From IMG/VR virus record IMGVR_UViG_3300026196_000077, positions 1 through 24,143 of that record: 24,143 nt of DNA; one strand, given 5' to 3'. Positions within the stretch are counted from its first letter, which is position 1; each line of letters starts with the position of its first letter. Both the position numbers and the translations under genes were made by a program. Source of the stretch: a virus (lineage: Duplodnaviria; Caudoviricetes). Below, piece after piece: positions 8,145 to 16,079 of the stretch. The notes beneath the pieces are model-generated. The model made no database searches, was not told where the DNA came from, and worked only from the letters and a program-made list of their open reading frames with translations.

Positions 8145-9064
8145 AAGCAGCCTTTGTCATCAATGCGAGGAACAAGGAGAAATGGGTGGCGCAGGCCGTC
8201 CGTGGTGCGCTCTCGCAGACTTATCCCTGTCACATCATTCTCTCGGACCAGTATTCCACTGACTCAACCTTCGAGGTCATGCAAACGGAAGTAGAGACTT
8301 ACAAATCAAATCTCGGAGAAGGAAAGGAATCTCATCACAAAATCGAAGTGGTGCGCTGTCCCATCGAGGGCAAGTACGGAATGCGCGCGGCCAACGATCA
8401 TGTCATGTGGCTTGCCGAGCAAACTGATGCAGAGTGGATCTTCCAGTCCTCCGCCGATGATTATTCGCTTTCAGGGCGTGTTGCCGCCTGCATGCAGGCC
8501 GTAGCCGAGCATCCTTGCGTCAATGTATCGACCACCATGTTTTTCGCTGAACCCGGCAAGGGCCATAATCCGCAGATGATAAGCGGATATCCGACGCAAT
8601 CAGGGTATGTCGGCGCAGGAGACGGGTTATTTAAGATGGCCTATGGCTCTACCATCGCAGGCTTCAACCGAGAATGGCTGCTCAAGGTGGGAAGCGCGGG
8701 AGATGTAACGCCTGACGTTTACTACGGATTTCTCTCTGCCATAGGAGAAGGATTCTATGTCGTGGCAGAGCCTCACCACGTCCATGTCACTCATAGCGAC
8801 CTTGAGAACATGGGCTTTCAGGGAAAGATGCGTGCAGCCGAACAGGCAGGCGATAAAGATCAGATCGCCCGCATCAACGAATTGAACCGCTTTCAACTGC
8901 TCGATCTGTACTTCTCGATTCTCGTCGAGTCGTCGGAGTTGTATCCGATGGCGCACCAGAACGACAAGAACGCCATCTTGCAGATGGTGCTCAATCAGGC
9001 GCATGGCTGGCTGATCGAAAGAAAGAATCTGCACGAGTTGGGGATTGCTCCTGGAGGTTTGTAA
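8141..9064 (+). CDS. Glycosyltransferase family 2 (GT-A fold)
   Basis: AFVINARNKEKWVAQAVRGALSQTY, SDQYSTDST and DxD-like SADDYS. Confidence 0.82.
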   Translation: MKAAFVINARNKEKWVAQAVRGALSQTYPCHIILSDQYSTDSTFEVMQTEVETYKSNLGEGKESHHKIEVVRCPIEGKYGMRAANDHVMWLAEQTDAEWIFQSSADDYSLSGRVAACMQAVAEHPCVNVSTTMFFAEPGKGHNPQMISGYPTQSGYVGAGDGLFKMAYGSTIAGFNREWLLKVGSAGDVTPDVYYGFLSAIGEGFYVVAEPHHVHVTHSDLENMGFQGKMRAAEQAGDKDQIARINELNRFQLLDLYFSILVESSELYPMAHQNDKNAILQMVLNQAHGWLIERKNLHELGIAPGGL

Positions 9065-9216
9065 TGCAGATTTCGTTCGACCCTGAGATGAAAGTCTATC
9101 GGGAGGTGCCGGACTTGGAATTGTCCATGTTGCCGTCTATCGGGCACTTACTCAAATTGTCCGCTATCTATTTCAAGTTGGACGACGAATACTATTTGCT
9201 ATGGGAGAGGAAATAG
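9064..9216 (+). CDS. Hypothetical protein, 50 aa (below the ORF-track cutoff)
   Basis: TAATG overlap. Translates as MQISFDPEMKVYREVPDLELSMLPSIGHLLKLSAIYFKLDDEYYLLWERK. Its TAG overlaps the next GTG. Confidence 0.55.
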   Translation: MQISFDPEMKVYREVPDLELSMLPSIGHLLKLSAIYFKLDDEYYLLWERK

Positions 9217-10571
9217 TGGGAGAAGCCAAGATCAAAAAAATGTTAGCTCCGATGGAGGATACAACTTCTTACATCACAATCAGCGAGCCTCGTTTGTCGG
9301 AAGTGCTTGCCACCGGGGACGTGGAAAAAGTCCTCATGGACATCCTGACCAACGGCATTCAGCACAATTCGGCGTCAGCCCGACAGATGCGCGCCATGCT
9401 TTTTCTGCGGCAAAAGAATTTCGAGGAGTGCCGAAGAATCATCGAAGGCATATTGCGTTCCAATCCAAAAGATGGGTTGTCGTGCAAGATGATGGGAGAT
9501 ATCGCCTTCCTGACGGTTGACTACAAGGAAGCGCAGAAGTGGTACTCCAAGGCTCTTGAGGCGATCCCGAATCACGCAGACATCGTTCATGATCTGGCCG
9601 TGTCAATCGTCTCGGAGGGTCGTGTGGACGAATCCATCCCGCTTTTTCGCGCAGCGTGCCTTCTCAAGCCGCAGGATGCCAACTTTCGCCACCATCTTGC
9701 CATCATGTTGGTTCTTGGAGGAAGGCTGGAGGAAGGCTGGGCCCTGATGGAATCTAGACTTGAAGTTCCTGGTGTCGTTGGCGCATTTCCGAACCCAGAA
9801 AAATACTGGCAGGGACAAGATCTCACCGGCAAGTCCATCATTGTTCGTTCAGAGCAGGGATTTGGGGACACGATCCAGTTTCTGCGGTACACGAAAAAGC
9901 TAGAAGCGCTCGGGGCTTCGAAAATCTACGCCTATTGCCAGCCCGGAATGCGCGAGTTTATCGAGCACTACTATCCTGCAGTTCACTACATCCCGAACAT
10001 CGCACCGCCTCCTATCGAGTTCGACTACCACGTATGTGTGATGAGCTTTCCGCACCTTTTTCCGAACGAGTACCTGACGGAGCCTGCGAAAAACTCTCCG
10101 GGTCAAGGAGGAATAGGAATCAACTGGTTCGGTTCTCCCACGCACAAGGCAGATCATCTTCGGACGATTCCAATAGACAGGTTCATTCCTTTCATGGACA
10201 AATTCCCGCAGGAGCAGTTCTATTGCCTTGCGTGGGGGCGTTTTGCCAACAAACCCGAGCGTATCTACTACCTGATCGATAACTGCCGTGACTGGCTGGA
10301 AACCGCTCAGGAAGTTAGCAAGATGAAGCTCATCATTACCGTGGACACGGCTATTGCGCACCTTGGAGGGTTCCTTGGAATTCCTACTTGGCTCATGCTG
10401 CCATATGTGTGCGATTTTCGTTGGGGCATGAAAGGAGAGACGACGCCGTGGTACGATTCCGTCAAGCTATTCCGTCAACCAAAACTATTCGACTGGGATA
10501 GCGTATTCAACAGGATTGAGCAGGACTTGCGGGAGATGGCATCTCAGCAAACTGAGGCACAAGCCGCTTGA
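9216..10571 (+). CDS. TPR-repeat protein with C-terminal GT-B (GT9/heptosyltransferase-like) domain
   Basis: TPR helices, then WQGQDLTGKSIIVRSEQGFGDTIQFLRY and IITVDTAIAHLGGFLGIPTW...DFRW...TPWYDS. GTG 9216 follows GAGAGG; alternative ATG 9201. Confidence 0.82.
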   Translation: MGEAKIKKMLAPMEDTTSYITISEPRLSEVLATGDVEKVLMDILTNGIQHNSASARQMRAMLFLRQKNFEECRRIIEGILRSNPKDGLSCKMMGDIAFLTVDYKEAQKWYSKALEAIPNHADIVHDLAVSIVSEGRVDESIPLFRAACLLKPQDANFRHHLAIMLVLGGRLEEGWALMESRLEVPGVVGAFPNPEKYWQGQDLTGKSIIVRSEQGFGDTIQFLRYTKKLEALGASKIYAYCQPGMREFIEHYYPAVHYIPNIAPPPIEFDYHVCVMSFPHLFPNEYLTEPAKNSPGQGGIGINWFGSPTHKADHLRTIPIDRFIPFMDKFPQEQFYCLAWGRFANKPERIYYLIDNCRDWLETAQEVSKMKLIITVDTAIAHLGGFLGIPTWLMLPYVCDFRWGMKGETTPWYDSVKLFRQPKLFDWDSVFNRIEQDLREMASQQTEAQAA

Positions 10572-11248
10572 TGGAATCAGAAGAACGCCCGGTTCTCGTT
10601 GGCTATTCGTACCCAAAAATGGAGTATGGTGGGCATACCTACTGCGGATTTCTCGAAGATCCCTGGTTCATGGAAATGGCCGGCCTCCTCGATCCTAAAA
10701 CAGCGCTTCCGATTGAATGCTTGTGGATGATATGTCAGTGCATCCGTCAATGTTCCAATCTGGAAGGAGACTTCTCTGAGTGCGGAGTGGATCGAGGCGG
10801 TAGCGCGAAGCTGATCGCAGAAATCCTGAAAGGAGGGCGACAGCTGCATCTATTCGATACCTTCAGCGGCATGCCAGAACCAGATCCTGAACACGATTGG
10901 CACCTGAGGGGAGACTTTTCGACGACTTCTCTTGATGAGGTGATGGACTTCGTTGGCCGCGACGATAATATCAGGTATCACCCAGGAGTCATTCCTCATT
11001 CCTTTGCATGGCTTGGTGCGCTTAGTTTTTCCTTTGTTCATCTTGATCTTGATCTATACCGTTCAACGCTCGATGCTCTCAATTTCTTCTATCCAAGAAT
11101 GGTTAGAGGTGGGATTATCGTTCTGGACGACTATGCTCGCCCGACAACCCAGGGCGTCAAGGATGCCGTGAACGAGTTTTTAGCTATCAAGCCAGAATTT
11201 GCGTTGCCGGTTCTGCATACGTCTCAGGCCCTGGTGGTGAAGCTATGA
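10571..11248 (+). CDS. TylF/MycF/NovP-family sugar O-methyltransferase
   Basis: GDFSECGVDRGGS, LFDTFSGMP, VHLDLDLYRST and GGIIVLDDY. TGATG overlap. Confidence 0.88.
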   Translation: MESEERPVLVGYSYPKMEYGGHTYCGFLEDPWFMEMAGLLDPKTALPIECLWMICQCIRQCSNLEGDFSECGVDRGGSAKLIAEILKGGRQLHLFDTFSGMPEPDPEHDWHLRGDFSTTSLDEVMDFVGRDDNIRYHPGVIPHSFAWLGALSFSFVHLDLDLYRSTLDALNFFYPRMVRGGIIVLDDYARPTTQGVKDAVNEFLAIKPEFALPVLHTSQALVVKL

Positions 11249-13008
11249 CTTGGCAGGAACAATTCGAGCTTTTCTGCTCATCGCTCAAGATCGATTCAAA
11301 GGAAAAGGGCGTCATCCCGCTCGTTCCGAACGGATGCCAGCGGCACTTCATCAGAGAACTTGCCAAAGGTCTGGAAGAAGGCGTGCGCCACTTCGTGATC
11401 TTGAAGGGCAGGCAAGAAGGCATCTCGACGATCTGCCTAGCTCTAGATTTGTTCTGGTCCGCCAAGTATCCAGGAACTCAGGGTGGTGTTATTACCGACA
11501 CGGACTCGAACAAGGAGATGTTCAGGGAGACGCTAAGCCGTTACTGGGACTCGTTGCCGAAGAATATGAAGTCTCCGATGAAGATTCACAACCGCAACCT
11601 GCTCTCGTTCAGAAACCGAAGCGTCGTGCAATACATGGTGGCAGGAATCAGATCAGGAGGAAACCTTGGTCGCGCCAAGGCCCTTAACTTTCTGCATGCG
11701 ACTGAATGCAGTTCCTGGGCTGATGAAGAAGGACTCGCTAGTTTACAGTCGTCCTTGGCGGAGAAGTCGCCTAACCGGCTGTACGTTTTTGAATCTACCG
11801 CTCGTGGTTTTGATATGTTTTACGACATGTGCCAAACAGCGAAGCGAGCCGTCACGCAGCGTTTCATATTCATAGGCTGGTGGCAAAAAGAGGACTACTC
11901 CTTCGAGCCGCATGACAAGGAATATCAGGTCTATTGGGAATCCGCCCCGCACCTCAAGTCGCACGAAAAAGAGGGTGTAAGGAAGGTCAAGCAGTTCTAT
12001 GGCGTTGACATAACGCCGGGCCAGATAGCGTGGTATCGCTGGCATCTGAACGAGAAAAAAAACGGCGACGAGATGTGGATGAAACAGGAATACCCATGGG
12101 ATGAGGAGGAGGCTTTCGTCGTTGCGGGGAGCGAATTCTTCACTTCGGAGAACCTGACCACTTCATACCTTCGGTGCAGAAAGGAGAAATATGATTCATA
12201 CAGGTACGTTACGGGCTCTGAGTTCCAATTTACTCAGATTCACCGGACAAACGCGCAAAACGCGGAGCTTAAAGTTTGGGAAGAACCTCGCCCGGAGGGC
12301 ATATATGTCATGGGTGCGGACCCGGCCTATGGTTCTTCTGAATGGGCCGACCGTTTCGCCATCCTTCTTTTTCGATGCTACGCCGACCGCCTTGTTCAGG
12401 TTGCAGAGTATTGTTCGCCAGACATCACGACGTACCAGTTCGCCTGGATACTCGCCCACCTCGGCGGAGCGTACAGAAATGTACACCTCAATCTTGAAAT
12501 CACTGGACCTGGAGGGGCGGTCCAAACCGAATTGATGAACCTGCAGCGTGCTGCGGCACAGATTCCTTCGGGACGAGGAAGCCTGCTAGATGTGATGGGC
12601 TGTATGCGCCATTACATGTGGATGCGTCCAGACATGCAAATGGCAGGAGGCGTTGGGCGTTCAACTCACTGGAAGATGAGCCAGGAAAATAAAATGTATC
12701 TGCTCAATTCCTTCAAGGACTCGTTCGAGGTCGGACGGATGATGCTCAAGTCGTCCGAATTGCTCATCGAGATGAAAAACGTGGTCAACGACAAGGGAGT
12801 GATCGGAGCGGCGGGCAGAGCGAAAGATGACCGTGTGATTGCAGGCGCGCTCGCGCATTGGATCTGGCTGCAAGGCCTAAAGTCCAACCTCATGACCCAA
12901 AAGCTCACCTACTCGAACGTGCAGCGCAGGGCCGAGACTAACCTTGGGACCGTGCCTGCAATGCAGAACGCGGTATTTCAGTATCTAAAGAGGAGCGGAA
13001 TTGCGTAG
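11245..13008 (+). CDS. terL: Terminase large subunit
   Basis: Walker A-like ILKGRQEGIST, Walker B-like FLHATE, motif III FESTARG, RNase H-type nuclease MGADPAYG and KDDRVIA. Confidence 0.9.
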   Translation: MTWQEQFELFCSSLKIDSKEKGVIPLVPNGCQRHFIRELAKGLEEGVRHFVILKGRQEGISTICLALDLFWSAKYPGTQGGVITDTDSNKEMFRETLSRYWDSLPKNMKSPMKIHNRNLLSFRNRSVVQYMVAGIRSGGNLGRAKALNFLHATECSSWADEEGLASLQSSLAEKSPNRLYVFESTARGFDMFYDMCQTAKRAVTQRFIFIGWWQKEDYSFEPHDKEYQVYWESAPHLKSHEKEGVRKVKQFYGVDITPGQIAWYRWHLNEKKNGDEMWMKQEYPWDEEEAFVVAGSEFFTSENLTTSYLRCRKEKYDSYRYVTGSEFQFTQIHRTNAQNAELKVWEEPRPEGIYVMGADPAYGSSEWADRFAILLFRCYADRLVQVAEYCSPDITTYQFAWILAHLGGAYRNVHLNLEITGPGGAVQTELMNLQRAAAQIPSGRGSLLDVMGCMRHYMWMRPDMQMAGGVGRSTHWKMSQENKMYLLNSFKDSFEVGRMMLKSSELLIEMKNVVNDKGVIGAAGRAKDDRVIAGALAHWIWLQGLKSNLMTQKLTYSNVQRRAETNLGTVPAMQNAVFQYLKRSGIA

Positions 13009-13522
13009 CGCATCTGCCATCAAGATGGAATTGATAAGGCTTCGTTTCACGGTGCGATTGCCGCTGAAGAAGATATCCGACGATGCGCGCTGCAACCCGC
13101 AGCAGATCATGGATGCGATGCGTCTGGAAGCATCTGAAACCGTCCAGAGAAGGCTGGATGCCTATCTCGACGCCAAGAAGTTGCACGTTCACGACAGGGA
13201 ATCAAAACTCCTGTCTGACATAGAGCGCCTGTCTCGTGAAATGGCGAAATTCCTTGAAGTACGAAATATCCCGATGCGTGATGTCTATATCATGCCCGTT
13301 GAGCGCCAGAAGCGTCTGTACATCGCAATGGGGTGGAGGGCAAAGAGGTTACTGCGTGAAAAAATCGAAAAGGAAACAGGAAAAACCGCAATCTTCCCGG
13401 ACGGCAAGACGTATTGGCGCTGCAAAGCCTCGTTTTATGCCTGGGACGGGAAGCTCCTTGATTACCGAAAGCCTGATCATCGCAAGGGGAAGGGTGCAGT
13501 GGTCCAAAGAAGGCACGTTTAG
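13001..13522 (+). CDS. Hypothetical basic protein with possible N-terminal HTH
   Basis: AGGAG RBS before a TTG start. LPLKKISDDARCNPQQIMDAM resembles an HTH. Confidence 0.6.
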   Translation: MRSASAIKMELIRLRFTVRLPLKKISDDARCNPQQIMDAMRLEASETVQRRLDAYLDAKKLHVHDRESKLLSDIERLSREMAKFLEVRNIPMRDVYIMPVERQKRLYIAMGWRAKRLLREKIEKETGKTAIFPDGKTYWRCKASFYAWDGKLLDYRKPDHRKGKGAVVQRRHV

Positions 13523-13796
13523 CCTTATTGCCACCCGCTCATCCAACATCCGTGTGTACTGGGCAGGAGCGGTGCTGCCTCCATCTGTGTTCGTCGGCAA
13601 CAAGGTGAACTTCATCGGCAGGTTCGTGACGTGGAACGAAGGCAAGCTGTTTCGCGTTCAGGACGCGATGGTGTTTACAGGAAGGTATCAGGACATCATC
13701 AGGCCGATTACCAAATTCGTCTATGAAAGCTGTGAAGATCCAAGAGAGTGGGCAGAGCAAGCGGCTCTTGACAGGCTCATGATCGTAGACGTATAA
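13494..13796 (+). CDS. Hypothetical protein, about 100 aa
   Basis: 3' part of ORF 13236-13796. GTG 13494 follows purine-rich AAGGGGAAGG and the ORF fills the gap before the promoter. Confidence 0.5.
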   Translation: MQWSKEGTFSLIATRSSNIRVYWAGAVLPPSVFVGNKVNFIGRFVTWNEGKLFRVQDAMVFTGRYQDIIRPITKFVYESCEDPREWAEQAALDRLMIVDV

Positions 13797-13825
13797 GCCA
13801 TCTGGAAACGTGAGCGAGTACTAAC
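13768..13825 (+). promoter_or_regulatory. Promoter plus operator-like box, copy 1
   Basis: TTGACA (13768), N18, TATAAG (13792), N12, GTGAGCGAGTACTAAC (13810-13825), N2, TTG start. Confidence 0.7.
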
Positions 13826-13827
13826 CT

Positions 13828-14217
13828 TTGCCCATCATCCGGGAATTTCGCTGTAGGGACTGCAGCACAACTTTCGAGTCCTTTGACGAAGACCCGGAAT
13901 GCCCGAGCTGTACTGCTCCTGAATCAGAGCGCGTCTTTCTGACCGCGCCGAACATACGTTCCGATAAGACTTCGAGGGCCGACACAATCGCCAAGGAACT
14001 TGCCTCTGACTTCGGCATGTCGAACATGACAAACAAGTACGGACAGCCCGTAAAGGGCAATCCAGATACTGGAAAGAACTTCGGTGATCAGAAAATCATG
14101 CAAACTCTTGCTGGATTGGGAGAGGCCGGCGATAACTTTTCCGCTGTTGCTCCAGCCATTCGACAGGCAGGCAATCCAAGGACGTGGACCAAGACGCCTG
14201 AAGCGAGGCGTAGATGA
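13828..14217 (+). CDS. FmdB-like zinc-ribbon protein
   Basis: MPIIREFRCRDCSTTFE...PECPSC...ERVFLTAP. Confidence 0.75.
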   Translation: MPIIREFRCRDCSTTFESFDEDPECPSCTAPESERVFLTAPNIRSDKTSRADTIAKELASDFGMSNMTNKYGQPVKGNPDTGKNFGDQKIMQTLAGLGEAGDNFSAVAPAIRQAGNPRTWTKTPEARRR

Positions 14218-15863
14218 TCATTCCACCGGAAAAGGATCTGGATAGCTTCGCTTCCGATCTGGTTTCTCGCTGCATGTCAACGCGCCGGGAGCGTATCGGA
14301 GCCTATTCCGGACTCAAGCATTACTTCCTTTTCGGCTCGCAGGAAGGCGATCAGGCTCCGTTCAACAAGATCTTTCCTCATATAGACCTGCTGACTTCGT
14401 TCCTGTATTCGCAATCTACAGTAGAATATGACATCGGAGTGCAGAACAAGCCTGATTTGGTGTTCCAGCAAGCCCGCCTCATCTCTGGACGCACCAACAC
14501 GCTATTCCACGATCAGGGCGTTGCAGATATGTTCGCTGAAGCCCTGACATGGGCTTTGGTGTTTAATTCAACCTTCCTCAAGCTTAACTGGGAGGGTGGT
14601 ATTGAGCCCTACATGATCGAGCCGCACAACTTCGGAGTTCTCCGAGAGGATGTGCCGCTTCTTGAGCGTCAGGAAGCCTTCACCCACGCCTACACAATAT
14701 CAAGGGATGAATTGCAGCGCAGGATCATGGGGCTTCCTAATGCCGCCGACATCATGCGTCGCGTACAGGCCGCTCCCGTTCAGGACGAGGACGCTTTTCC
14801 AGAGGCCATCAACAGGCTTATCGTTGCTGGCACGGTAGATATGACATCGACCACCACCAGAGGGCTGGTGAATGTCCCCGATCTGCTCGGGCAGCTTCAA
14901 TACAAGCCTCGAACCAACGAAGACTTGGTGGAGATGTACGAATTGTGGGTGTGGGACGATAAAAAAGAGGACTACCGCACTATCACGCTGGCTGCTCCAG
15001 GTGTTGTTATATACGGCCGCGAAAAGATAGGAAATCTGTTTGGAATCAAGGGTGAGCACCCGTTTATCCATATCTGCCCTAACCGGCTGTACGACTATTT
15101 CTTCGGTTGGTCAGAAATCACGATGCTGCTCAAGCTGCAAGACTGGATGACTACGCGCTTGAGAGAAATAAAGACCATCCTCACCAAGCAGGCGCGGCCT
15201 CCAAAGGCGTTCTCCGGCTGGGGCGGTATTTCTGACGAGAAATTCGGGGCGATGGACAATCCGGGCGCCTGGATGTCGGACCCCACGCCAAATGCGAAGG
15301 TCGATATTCTCGCTCCAGACCTGCCGAATGACATGTGGGTGGACATTCGCAATATCGCGGACATGTTCAATGACGAGTCTGGGCTTTCGGATGTTCTTCA
15401 AGGAAAAGGTGAGTCTGGTGTGCGCACCAAGGGCCAAGCCGATATCCTAGCCAGGCTTGGCTCTGCCAGGATCAAGAAACGAGCCTTGTCGGTTGAGCGC
15501 ACGCTTGAGGAAATCGGGGATGTGATTGTCATGCTGATGAAGGCGAAAGACCCACATCAATTCAAATTGCAGGATGGAAACCCGTTTTTTGCCCGCCAGT
15601 TTACTGACGAGTATCAGGTGCATGTGGATGCGCATTCCGCGAGTCCAGTATTCGTGGACGATCACGTTCAGCTTCTGTTTGGCCTCAACAAGGCTGGCGC
15701 ACTGTCTCCTGCAGATCTCATCCGTGGTACAAAACCACCGAGGACAGAGGAACTTGTTCAGAATTATGAGAAAATGGCGTCTGAGAAGGCGTTGCAGGAA
15801 CAGCAGCAGATGGCATTAGGACTTGTCACGGGCGGCAAGAAACCACAACCGCGCGCGGCATGA
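14214..15863 (+). CDS. Portal protein
   Basis: 549 aa, between terminase and head genes, helical with Gln-rich C-terminal tail; segments such as FNKIFPHID and ESGLSDVLQGKGESGVR are compatible with a P22-like portal. Confidence 0.78.
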   Translation: MIIPPEKDLDSFASDLVSRCMSTRRERIGAYSGLKHYFLFGSQEGDQAPFNKIFPHIDLLTSFLYSQSTVEYDIGVQNKPDLVFQQARLISGRTNTLFHDQGVADMFAEALTWALVFNSTFLKLNWEGGIEPYMIEPHNFGVLREDVPLLERQEAFTHAYTISRDELQRRIMGLPNAADIMRRVQAAPVQDEDAFPEAINRLIVAGTVDMTSTTTRGLVNVPDLLGQLQYKPRTNEDLVEMYELWVWDDKKEDYRTITLAAPGVVIYGREKIGNLFGIKGEHPFIHICPNRLYDYFFGWSEITMLLKLQDWMTTRLREIKTILTKQARPPKAFSGWGGISDEKFGAMDNPGAWMSDPTPNAKVDILAPDLPNDMWVDIRNIADMFNDESGLSDVLQGKGESGVRTKGQADILARLGSARIKKRALSVERTLEEIGDVIVMLMKAKDPHQFKLQDGNPFFARQFTDEYQVHVDAHSASPVFVDDHVQLLFGLNKAGALSPADLIRGTKPPRTEELVQNYEKMASEKALQEQQQMALGLVTGGKKPQPRAA

Positions 15864-15919
15864 TGCGGCGAGAACCCGCACGGGGCGGTTCCCTGGACAC
15901 TCCTGCATAGGAGGCAATT

Positions 15920-15958
15920 ATGGCGCGACGCTGCCGCAAGGGAAGAAAGATGAAGTAG
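15920..15958 (+). CDS. 12-aa highly basic peptide MARRCRKGRKMK
   Basis: Perfect SD AGGAGG (15909-15914) 5 nt before the ATG; followed by a terminator. Confidence 0.55.
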   Translation: MARRCRKGRKMK

Positions 15959-15986
15959 GTTCAGCATATTCATGGCTGTCCACTTT

Positions 15987-16012
15987 GGGCGTATTCACCT
16001 GCGCCCTTTTTT
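15987..16012 (+). terminator. Rho-independent terminator
   Basis: GGGCGTA-ttcacc-TGCGCCC hairpin followed by TTTTTT. Confidence 0.8.
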
Positions 16013-16020
16013 ATCGCCTC

Positions 16021-16077
16021 TTGACATCCTTTTGGAGCGAGCGTAGAAGCAATCCGCTAAGGTGAGTGAGCACTAAC
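16021..16077 (+). promoter_or_regulatory. Promoter plus operator-like box, copy 2
   Basis: TTGACA (16021), N17, TAGAAG (16044), N12, GTGAGTGAGCACTAAC (16062-16077), N2, ATG start. Confidence 0.72.
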
Positions 16078-16079
16078 TT

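Noticed and set aside
5847-9064. TET/JBP plus glycosyltransferase DNA hypermodification system
   Set aside because: The dioxygenase motifs look PhyH-like rather than TET/JBP-like, and there is no DNA methylase, thymidylate synthase homolog or replication context. It is kept only as a secondary hypothesis.
1379-11248. Ordinary bacterial LPS core/O-antigen locus adjacent to a prophage
   Set aside because: It is flanked upstream by small phage-type ORFs, overlaps terL directly, and lacks wzx/wzy/ABC export, waa and housekeeping genes. No att site or integrase is visible.
15863-15910. 15-aa ORF MRREPARGGSLDTPA coupled to the portal stop
   Set aside because: No compositional signal or independent support. 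It may only reflect the TGATG overlap by chance.
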